A stretch of 64,000 nt of DNA from positions 1 to 64,000 of the forward strand of contig NGBS01000300.1 of the NCBI GenBank assembly GCA_002245135.1. Direction: 5' to 3'. The notes under the pieces are model-generated. The model was given only the letters and a program-made list of their open reading frames with translations, was not told the DNA's origin and searched no databases. Both the position numbers and the translations under genes were made by a program. The DNA is from Proteromonas lacertae (taxonomy: Eukaryota). Positions 39,835 through 51,160 of the stretch are shown one piece after another; the first letter of the stretch is position 1, and every line of letters begins with the position of its first letter.

Positions 39835-40425
39835 ATGGTTAATAAAGAAATAAAAATATACTATAGAGGAAGTATTCATCCATCTAAGTGGTTAGAAATT
39901 AAAAAAATAATAATAGAGGATTGTCCTGAAGAAGTAACAGCTTTGTATTATTCTAGACCAGATAAAGGAAATGATCTATTATCAGTGAATGAAGAACCTA
40001 CATTTTACAGTATTGAGAATAGAAGTATAATAGGAGCAGAGTTAGTACCTCATTTATTTATAGAAAGAATAAAGAATGGTGATTGGTGGGTTGAATTAGA
40101 AGAAGGACATAAATATATTCCTGTTTATCAATATATTCCTAACAAATGGGTATTTATTGCATTTGTTGATATTGCAAGTGATATTGAATATATAAAAGCG
40201 TTGTACTACTCTCAGCCAGACGAAAATGACTTGTTATCTGTGACTGATACTCCATCATTTTATCATATAGAAGGTAATAGTGTAATAGGTTCAGAATCAA
40301 TTTCTCGTTTATTTTTATCTCGAATAAGTAAAGTTGGTTGGTGGGGTGAGTATTCTCCTCCTACATTTAATCAAGAAATATTAGCTAATGCATTACATGC
40401 ACTTTTTCAAGCAAGTAGTAAATGA
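39835..40425 (+). CDS. Hypothetical protein made of two ~85-aa internal repeats
   Basis: ALYYSRPD..DLLSV..PTFYSIE..SIIG...WW repeated as ALYYSQPD..DLLSV..PSFYHIE..SVIG...WW; intronless. Confidence 0.7.
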   Translation: MVNKEIKIYYRGSIHPSKWLEIKKIIIEDCPEEVTALYYSRPDKGNDLLSVNEEPTFYSIENRSIIGAELVPHLFIERIKNGDWWVELEEGHKYIPVYQYIPNKWVFIAFVDIASDIEYIKALYYSQPDENDLLSVTDTPSFYHIEGNSVIGSESISRLFLSRISKVGWWGEYSPPTFNQEILANALHALFQASSK

Positions 40426-40515
40426 TTTTGTTAATTTTGCTAATTTTGTTGAATGAGGTTAATATTTTAAAAAAATATGTTTTAAAAAAATACATAAAGA
40501 CTAATAATATACCTC

Positions 40516-42638
40516 TTATTCAGGTAACATCTTCTTACTCACAATTCTTTTAGTTGGTGGTTTAATATTTGACTTTTTTATATTCTTAAATGCATTTGTA
40601 TAAATATCAATTGTAACTTTATCAACTCCTTTAAATCTCTCTTTATCACTTTTCACTGGTAATTTTGGCGGTCTCCATTTTATCACTTTCTCTTCTTTTT
40701 CTATTGGAATAGGAGCTGGAGGAATTACTTTCTTCTCTCTTTCTTTTATTTTCTCTATATCACTACTATTATTCTTTGGATTATTACTTCTTAATTCTTC
40801 ACTTTTTCTAGTTGATATTTTACTACTAACATTATGATAACTATTACTTCTACCAGTTGTTGTTGATATTAAATTATTATTATTATTATTATTATTGCTA
40901 ATATTAGTTGTTGTTGTTGTTGTTGTTGTTGTAGACTTTATTTCTTTCTTTGGTTTAGTATTACTGGTGTTTGGACAAGTGGATGGTTTCTTTTCATATT
41001 TCTTTGTATATTCAATCAATTTCTCTTCATTTGAAGACATATTCATCTTATAACTAATCGTATGTCTTACACTACTTGCAGCTGTAGATGATGATGATGA
41101 TGATGATGAATCTTCAGTTGAATCTGATTTTGGTTTTAACGAAGGATTCATTTGATACAACATCTTTGGTTTTTCTAATGTATTAGTCGATTTCATACTT
41201 CTAATCAATTTTCTAATAGCAAATTGTTTTTGTCTAATATCATCAATAACTTTCCTCATAAATTCATTCGATACATTATCCTTACACGAATTATTAGCCA
41301 ACTGAATTGAATCTGATAAACTCTCTTGACTGAAAGGAAATATCATTTTATATCCGCCTAATTCTCTTGGTTGATATATCATTTCTGTACCATTCAAATG
41401 ATCTTGTAAATCGAAAACATCACTACATTTAACAAAGTCATTAGGAGTAGCTTGATATAAGTTATTTATCTTTGATGAACTATATCTATAATGTGGATTA
41501 TTCATTGATTCTTCAATATCTCTTTCTACTTTCTTATTATAATCTTTTAAACTGTCTTCAACACCTGTTAATTTTAGTGTATCTGTTATTAATGGGATTT
41601 TTACTCTTTCATCAATGTCACTATCCATTGTGAGAGCTGGAGCACAGTTTACTTCAATTAACCAAGCCTATATATATGTAAATGAAATGAAATAGAAATA
41701 TATATATTATACTTTTAGATTAGAATCTAACATAAAATCAAATCCAAATAATTCAAAATTACTATGCGTTTCATTATTATTATATATTAATATAAGGCAT
41801 GTTAAACATATTAATAATCCTATATCTTCCATAACATATGGATATAAAGTACAATTATTATCTTCAAAATACTCTTTTAAACGTTTTAATTCCCATTTAC
41901 ATTTTGATCCTATCACTTCTTTTTCTGTTTCATAAGTTGGTGAAAATTTATTTAATGAACTATTCGTTAAATGCGAATAGACATTAGTGATATCTCCACT
42001 GTATTTTTGGGTTGAAAATCTTACTAAACCATTATCATATAAATATATCCTAAGAGGTGAAACTGAAGTAACTAGACAATAGATTCTTAAGTCATTTTTA
42101 TATCCACCGATTGTTAAAGGAGGTTCTATATATTTCTGAACAACTGACAGTCTATCGTAATAGAGATTATTAATATCACTTAAAACATAGATTTTCTTTC
42201 CTTGAGCTAGATCGGATGGTTTAACTATCCAAATTGCTCCTTCTTTTTTGTTTTTTGTATAACTCTTGAGGAAGTTCATATAGTCGTTGGGTAATGTGTA
42301 AGATTCTGGAGTGAATAAAAATATTTTACCAAATGCACCAGACATCCTTCTCATATTTTTTAGAAGAAGATCTTTATCACATATGCAATTACTCTTTTGA
42401 AAATGATTCACTTTCTTCAAAGGGTCAGTAATAACATATTTAAAGTCGGATGGATAAAATGAAGCATTTCTCCAGAATAAATGATAGGATTTACTGTCTG
42501 GATCGGCATCTGCATCTATTAACTTCCATCCTATTTTATTACATCTGTATTCATACCTAAATTCGTTGCAGCTATTCTCAAGACATCAGGAACACTACCA
42601 GGTAGTTTTAAATAGACAGTAGAATCAGAATTTGACAT
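40516..42638 (-). CDS. TTLL2: Tubulin polyglutamylase, TTLL2-like
   Basis: KVNHF, TPESYTLPNDY, WIVKP, VQKYI, DLRIY, HLTNSSLNK, KEVIGSKCKW, FELFGFDFMLD, WLIEVN; 2 introns. Confidence 0.85.
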
Positions 42639-42670
42639 TTCAGTTTTTCAAAAAATAAGTTTGTCATTCA

Positions 42671-42680
42671 TCAAGCTTTT
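42671..42680 (+). promoter_or_regulatory. Recurrent TCAAGCTTTT promoter-proximal motif (representative copy)
   Basis: Also at ~7737, 19249, 38361, 39791, 49172, 51132 and reversed at 54933, mostly within ~45 nt of an ATG. Confidence 0.6.
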
Positions 42681-42707
42681 GTCATTTTTTCATTTTTTAG
42701 AAAAACT

Positions 42708-44122
42708 ATGGAAGTACAGCCTGATGAGATAGATGGAATCGATGATATAGACTTTAAGTTATGGGATGAACAAGCGAAAAAAGAATATTTGGATGATTTA
42801 GAAGAAAGTCCAATTTTTCATGACAGTTTGGATGAAGTATTGATTTGAAGAAATATACTTTTGACATAGGAAAATAATCCTGCATTTGAAGCATTAAAAG
42901 CAATCAAATATAACGATATGTCTGATGGTATGATTTATAAATAATATTTATACTATAAAAAATAATAGATGAATTACTTGAACATTTTTGGTATGAAGCA
43001 AACAAGAATGTAAAGAGAGGTAAAGCAGTTCATTTAACAGAAGCTTTAAAACAATATGACAGTGCAATAGATCATGCTATAAAACTTAATAAGACAGACA
43101 TATTGAGTAAACTATATGCAAACAAATCTCAAGTGAATATTCTAAAAGGGAATTATGGAAGAGCAATAGAAGATGCAAAAAATTCTTTAAAATATGATGA
43201 AAAGAATTTAAAATCAATTTGGAGAATTGGTCATTCAAATTTACACTTGAATCGTCCAGAAGAAACAGTAAAATACTGTGATATTGGTTTAGAAATCAGT
43301 GGAGAAAGTGAAGCATTAAAATTATTAAAAAGTGAAGCAAATAAAGCAATAGAAAGAAGATTGAAACTACAAAAAGAAAAAGAAGAAAGAGAGAAATTTC
43401 GAAAAGAACAATTAAAAAAAGTTCATGAATATTATAAAAAAAGAAAATATCTAGTTGGTCCTTCATTATTTGAAGATATGAAACAATATATATCTGATCC
43501 ACAAATCGATGATGATGGTCTATTATATTTCCCTTTCTTATTGTTATATCCTGAATATAGTCAGATTGATTTCATTCAAAAGGTATGTGAAAATGATGAA
43601 TTAATAAAACACCTTGAAGTTGCATTACCTGATAATGATTATCCTTCAGCTCCTTGGGATGTTTGTAATGTTTATCATATTAGTAATATTGAAGTGTTTA
43701 TATTGGAATATTATACAAAACCTTACTCAATGGCTGAACCAGGTGAAAATGAAGAAAAATTGCGTAATCATTATATGAAACAACATTGGGTTAGAATAAA
43801 TCCAAAATGTCAAATAAAAGAAGTATTAGAATATAATAAATACACTATTCCTGGAATTCCAATAATTCATATAATTGCAAAGAAATGTAATTATTATAAA
43901 TCGTTTATTGAAAAGAATAAAGACATATTGGAATATGATAATAAAGAGAAGAAGACTCGATTATTGAAAAGGTGTGGAAATGCAAGTTGTAAAAGAATGG
44001 AAGAATTAAATGAAGAATTTAAGAAATGTAGTAAATGTAAAGAGATGTATTATTGTAGTAGAGATTGTCAAGTGAATGATTGGAAAAATCATAAAAAAAC
44101 ATGTGGTAAAAATAAGAAATAA
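42708..44122 (+). CDS. TTC4: TTC4/Cns1 TPR co-chaperone with C-terminal MYND zinc finger
   Basis: LYANKSQVNILKGNYGRAIED TPR, LYFPFLLLYPEYSQIDFI wheel domain, CGNASC..CSKC..YYCSRDCQVNDWKNHKKTC; 2 introns. Confidence 0.85.
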
Positions 44123-44240
44123 TAATTGCTGTTATTTTATTGTGTTTGTATTTATAATAAATTCTATTACATCATTATAATCACTTTCATAATCCTTTTG
44201 TTACTTTCAATAAATCATTATCTATATCTATTATTGTTTG

Positions 44241-44690
44241 TCAATCATGAATTAAGTTTAATATTTCAAGTCTATTATTTCCAATACTATATATTAATGC
44301 TTTTTGATAAGATTCCATTGCTTTATCTAATATTTCCTATTTAGATAAATTAATAGATAATCACAAAATATTGTAATACAAGTCCAAAATAGGATTGTCC
44401 AGTAAACATGTAAATATCATATTTCATATCATTAGTTGCTTCTGACGAATATTTTAATGCTTCCTGTAATGATTCTATTGCTTCTTTATATTTTCTCTAT
44501 TTACATAAACTGTATAGTTAAATTATACAAGATGATAATATGATTGTCCGAGGAATGTGTAATTAACACCTTTTGCTAAATCATTTTCACTATCAGGTGT
44601 TGATTCTAATGCTTCTTTGAAAAATGCTGCTGATTTATTATAATCTTCCTATTAATGATTAGTTATGAATATTTTGTAATAATATTCATA
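44241..44690 (-). pseudogene. Orphan TPR-exon cassette related to the pseudokinase-TPR gene at 58202
   Basis: Phase-0 exons 44648-44529 (120 nt), 44496-44380 (117 nt) and 44336-44241 encode the same repeat; no kinase or upstream donor site. Confidence 0.75.
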
Positions 44691-44914
44691 AGGGTGAGGG
44701 GATTATTATAATAAAATAATGAAAGGATTAAATGAATTGCTGTAGAAACAATTATATTCCTTGAAATATAAACAGATAATCATAATTATCATAATGATAT
44801 ATAATATCACTTAATATAACAATTATATCAATCAAAATAAACAGAATGTCAATTGAATGTAATTGACCTTTTGACTTTACATAATTCATTTCTTTTTTTT
44901 TTGTCTTCAATTGA

Positions 44915-47900
44915 ATGAATTTAGGTATAAAATTAATACTCTTATATTCTAGGTCAAAGTAATGCTATATCTGTTAGGTATACTAGTTATAAATAGTGAT
45001 AATTTGTAGAAGACAACGAAGGCGTGATATGTTTGAAGATGATGATGATGATGATAGTGTTGTGACACAAGTGATATCAGTAAAAAATCCAGTAAACAAA
45101 AGACGAAAAGTTAACAAGAAATACAGTAGTGCGATAAGTGTGGATGATGATAGTAGTTCTGTGGAAACAGTAGAAGAAAGTCATCCTCGAGAAGACAATA
45201 GTATATTTAAAATCGATGAAATGAATAGAAAAACACTTGATAACATGCTCAATCGATGAAAGTCATCCTGATTATAATATAAAAGATGAAGAACGAGAAG
45301 ATTTAGAAATGAATGGCTTACCACTAGCCAAATGTGAAGATAATGTATTAATCTTAATTTTAGACTGATAGGATAATAAACCATATTATTTACCTCTTTA
45401 CATAACAAAAAAATTAGCAAAACATCAGTATGTTGGTGTAAGATTCTTATGGGATAGAATAATACATGTATAATGTCAATAATATGTAAATAGGATGAAG
45501 GTTGTATCTTAGCCGATTTTATGGGTTTAGGAAAATCCCTTCAAGTAATCGCCACTCTTTGTGCTTATTTCAATTTAAAACATAACGAAGTGAATGAAAC
45601 AGTCACTGTAATAATAGTAGCTCCAGCTGTATGTGTTAGAAATTGGTATAATGAATTCCACATATGGTTGAATAAATATGATTATGATTTATTAAACCCA
45701 ATTATGTTTGATAAGAAAACAGATGAAAATCGATATGATAGAAAAGAGTTCTTAAAGAATTGGAAGGAAAATGGAGGTGTGTTGATAGTAGGGTATATAT
45801 ATATATATATATTATTATTATTATTATTAATATATTTAGATATGAAATGTTAAGAGGAATAATATTAGAGACAGATAAACGAATTCATAACGACAAATAT
45901 ATAGATTGTCGTGATAATTATAAATCAATATATAAATACCTATGTGATCCAGGTCCTGATTTAATAATCTTAGATGAAGGTCATAGAATTAAAGATGATA
46001 CAAAACAATTATCAATGGCATTACAGAAAGTAAAAACACATAAACGTATGATATTAACAGGTTATCCAATTCAGAATCACTTATTTGAATATTACACAAT
46101 GGTTAATTATTGTATGCCTGGTTTATTAGGAAGTAAAGAGGAGTTTAAAAATGTATAGAAATATATTTTGTATTTATGTTTTATATATTAGACATTTGAA
46201 ATACCAATCAATAATGGTTGTTTAAAGGATAGTAGTGATGCAGAATTACGAAATGCTAATAAAAAGACAGTTATATTACGAGCGAAATTAAATAAATATG
46301 TATTACGAAGAGGTGAAGAATATTTATATGATTTAATACCAAACAAACAAGAATGGGTAATTAAATGTAAAATGTCCGACTTTCAAGTATATATAATATA
46401 TATATAAATAAAAATAAATAGAAACAATTATATAAAGCTTTTATTGCATATCGAGAGATGACTGATGGTAGTATTAGTACTGATTTATTACCTGAATCTA
46501 ATACATTATTTGGAAATAATAATAATAATATCACTACAACTCCAATAACAACACCCCGAAGTGATACTAACAGTATTTCATTTACCAATAGAATTATGTC
46601 ATCATCATCAGTTACTTCAACTCCTCAACCACCTCCCAGTAAGAATGAAAATAGAAAGAATTTATTAAAGGCATTTCATATATCACAAATGATAGTCAAT
46701 CATCCTGATATATTATATGTATATATATATATATTTATGGGTTAATTATATATAAATAGAATGCATGTTGTAAAGATATGTATAAACCTGAAGAATTAAT
46801 GGATAAACAGAAAGATAGTAATGAAAATGAAGATAAAGATGATGAAAATGCATGTAAACAGATTCATAATAGTTTAGGATGGGCAAAACAACACTTTGAG
46901 GGTTATGAAGCTGGTGATTATAGGAAATCAATCAAAATGACAGTGTTAATACATATTCTATTATCATCAAAGAGTTTAAATGAAAGAGTGACTGTATTTA
47001 GTCAAAGTATTCCAACTTTAAATTGGATAGAAAACTTCTTAAATAACCACAATCGAAAATATACAGCCAAAAATAAACAAATGAAATATTTACGTATTGA
47101 TGGAAGTACTGATTCTAAAGTAAGAGCTGATAATATTCGTGAGTTTAATGACTTAAAGAATGATATATTAGTAATGCTAGTTAGTACAAAAGCTGGTAGT
47201 GAAGGTATTAATTTGATAGGTGGAAATAGAGTTATATTATTTGATGTATCTTGGAATCCATGTCATGATCATCAAGCTATGTGTCGATCTCATAGATTAG
47301 GTCAAAGAAAGAAAGTGTTCGTTTATCGATTAATATCCTGTGATTCATTAGAAAAGAAGATTTTTGATTTACAATTACATAAAGAAGGAATGAGTAAAAG
47401 AATTATTGATGATAAAGCCATAGAAAGAAGATTAACTAAAGGTGATTTAGAAGATATATTTGATGTAACACATGATAAAGATCCTGTTGTTGAATTAGAT
47501 AAAGTTGATACATTAGATGATAAGATATTAGCAACTATTATTAAAAAATATCCTGATTATATTCAAGCATGTTATCCTCAAGAAACAGTAATGAAACCTG
47601 AAGATAATGAGAAATTAACAGATGAAGAAAGAAAAGAAACAGTGAAAGAATATATAAAGAAAGAAGAAATGATTCAGAAAGAGTTGGAGAATAGAAATAT
47701 TAATGTTACTTGTAGTATATGTGGTAAGGAATTTCCATTATCTGCATTATTTGATGGTATTCATTCAGTTACATGTGAGAAATGTGGTAAACAATTTGAT
47801 TTATCAAAAGAAGATAAGAATAGACTTTTATCTGTATTATTCTATTATATTATATTATATATATAGTTGAGAAAAGATGTATCTGATCGATTAGAACCAA

Positions 47901-49036
47901 GACCTGTCATTAGAGGAATGGTTATGAATAATAACAACAGCAATATACCTTATAATATGTATAATAATCCTTCCAATATTGTATCAGTTCAAGTTACATG
48001 TTTGTGCTGTAGAGAAATCAATAAAATTCAAAACAGTAATGCAAATCAATGTAAACAGATGAGATGTTATAAATGTAATTTTATACTGGGAGTGTTTAAG
48101 AATGGATTTGCTCAACCATTCAATCTTGAACAAATTAAACAGACATTTATATTTTACAATTTCATTGTTGTGATAAATCTAAAGTCTAGTGATCCTAATA
48201 AATCTTCAATTCAAATGCAGATAATTACTAATGGAGGAAGAATCACTAATGATATTGATAAATGTAATTACATCATAACCTATGAATCTGAAGAAAAAAT
48301 TAGATCAAAATATACAACCATTCCAATTACTACAAATTTTGTATTACCTGATTATATATTTGATTGTGTTAAGAGTAAATATCAATTACCTGTTACTGAT
48401 AATTATAAGCCAAAGATGAATAGTTATAGTAATAATTATAGTAGTACTTCATCACTTAGTAATAATGGCAATATGTTAAGATTTAATAATCAAATGTTAA
48501 ATCAACAACAATCATTACAACAACAACAACAGCAACAACAGCAACAACAAATGCAACAACAGAAACAATTAAAATATCAACAACAACAACAATCATATCA
48601 ACAAATACCATCTTATAATAATACTAATAATGGAATGAATATGAATTATCTTCAACAACAACAACAACAACAAAATCAATCAATTCAAATTAAAAATGAT
48701 ATTAAACCAAATTATCCAAATAATAATATTCCAAATATACAATTCCCATCATTGATGAATAATATTAACCCAATACAACCTAAACCACAACCACAAGTAT
48801 ATCAAAAACCAAAGCCAAACCCATTATCCAATAGTTTTATACCTTCTTTGTTAGATACAACAGAATTAATACAACCCACTATTCCTTCAATCCAACCAAT
48901 TCAAACACAAAGTCTTCAACCAAATATTAGTTCTGGATATTCAAGTGATTCAAATTTTGATCCACATCAAGCGTTAGGATTTGATTCATTAGATTTCAAT
49001 GAAGATAGTTTTATACCGAATAATCTTGATTTCTAG
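44915..49036 (+). CDS. RAD54L2: SNF2 helicase of ATRX/ARIP4 type with Zn ribbons, BRCT-like domain and Q/N-rich tail
   Basis: HQYVGVRFLWD, GCILADFMGLGKSLQ, DPGPDLIILDEGHRIK, LTGYPIQN, STKAGSEGINL, WNPCHDHQAMCRSHRLGQ; many micro-introns; frame break at ~45250. Confidence 0.8.
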
Positions 49037-49155
49037 TTGTACAATTTTTAAGTGACTATATATATATATTATTTATGTGTTTTTATAATCATCAAAATAA
49101 AACTCCAAAAGATTATTCACTTTTATCAAGAAGAAATTAGTTAAACAAGTTACAT

Positions 49156-49218
49156 TAGTTTGATTCCTATATCAAGCTTTTCTTTTCTTTTTTGATTTTA
49201 CGATTAAATGATGAAAAT
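49156..49218 (+). repeat. Orphan copy of the TMEM260 promoter/start segment (51116-51180)
   Basis: TAGTTTGATTCCTATATCAAGCTTTT is identical in both places; the ATG position reads ACG here. Confidence 0.75.
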
Positions 49219-49445
49219 ACTACATTTTTAATATTGATATTCATATTACATTACGCATTCTTCAATATATATTATTTATTGTTTTAGAAACAATCATTGT
49301 AGTAGGTTATGTTAAATTAAGTAATTCAAACATGTTCAACTAAAAAAAAAACATATTGCACAATAGATATATTCAATTATATAAAGGATTTTACAAGTAA
49401 TGCATAACAAATTATACTATTATATATGTTAGTATGAAATCCGTT

Positions 49446-50605
49446 TTACATCTCATTCTCATTATGTAACAAAGAAGAATTTTCTGTATAATGTTTAGTT
49501 TTACTTTTATTCTCTTCATTAAAGCCATCTTCATCTTGTATTTCTTCAGTATCAGGTGGAGGTGGAGGACTAATCATTACAGCACAAGAAGTACCTTCAG
49601 TTTCTCTTGTTTTAATTATAGTAGCAGGAGATAATGGAGATATAATAGGAGATGGAATATCTACACTATCTGGAGATTCAACTGGTAATTCTATGGATTG
49701 TATTTTAACAAAACCTGTTTTTTTCTCTCTCCACTGTAAATAGAATGCACATGGAACAGATATACAGAATATTGTAATTAATAAAGTCAATCCAATATTC
49801 ACAAATGTAGGAAATGGACAATACGTTTCTAACGTGGATAATATAGCTGCAAATGCTGCCCATGCATCTCCACCTAGCATCAGTGGACCTGCAGCTCCAA
49901 GTCCAACATCATCACCGTGAGATATAAACATTGAGACTAATGTAGTTAAGAAAGTGGCAGGAAATTGAGTTACAACAGCTATGTTAATGTTATATTAAAT
50001 ATTATTTATATATTCATACTTGCGACAATTAAATTACCCATTTTTGCAATAATTGCTCCACAACCAATAGTACAGAATGCCAATAATCCACGACAAAAAT
50101 ATGTGAATATAGAAATGTGTTTCTTACCTTTTTTAGAAGGTAATGTGTTCCAACAAAGAATTAAACCCAATGATAAATGAATTACCCATGCTAACAAGCC
50201 ACAAGGAACAATCAAATCTTCTTTATCTCTGATCATAAAGAAAATAATCGTACAACCAAAACATGCAGCTGTCCATACGACAGATGAGAGCACAGCTATT
50301 AAAGTCACTCTCAAATATTTATTCCAATGTTTTGGCATTCTGGGTGGCAAAATCATCCACATTTCAGCGAAAACAAGATCACCGAAGCAAGAGAATGCCA
50401 CTGAAGATATTGAAGCTTTCCAATCAGCAGGGGACTTAGCTGAGGTGATAAGAGCATATGAACCAGGAATAAAAGTAAAAGGTATTGCAGTTATTGTTCC
50501 ACCTATTATACCACCAAATTTTTCTATTAGTATGGTAGCTATAACAGCGAATGTTCCTGCTGCAAGTCCAGAACCAACAGAACTAAGAAGTTGATTAAGA
50601 AACAT
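49446..50605 (-). CDS. Multi-pass membrane protein of unknown function
   Basis: Many hydrophobic helices, IEKFGGIIGGTITAIP motif; one intron (~49981-50021); S/P/acidic tail. Confidence 0.7.
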
Positions 50606-51160
50606 AAACAAATGTCGATTATGAATAAATTCTAAATTGCAAATAGGGAATAGTATACTTGCCTCAGATCGTGATACGGAAATTTTATTTTTCTTGTTTT
50701 TGTAATTTTTGAGAGTGAATTACGATCTAATATTATCCATTACATGAATAATGAAAAGATCAAGTTTAAATTATACTATACTTACTAAATTATTATAAAA
50801 ATAAGAAGAGTAGTTGTTGTACTTTAGTGAAAGATGATTTATGTATTGAGTCTGTTAATATTAAATTATTAAAGATTTAATAACAAAACCCAACAGATGG
50901 TTGAATTATTTATTTTTAACACTTTTGTTATGCTAACGAGTCTATTGCAGCATTCACATTCTCTAGTTGTATTTTTCTACTCCATGTATTACTTATTACA
51001 CTATCAATTAAATCTTCCACCGTAGGTCGAATATTATGTTCATTTTCGTTATTCATTAAAGAATGATGTGTTGCTACACGTGCAATACTCATAGCTAATA
51101 AAATCAACTGAATAATAGTTTGATTCCTATATCAAGCTTTTTTCTTTTAATTTTGATTTT

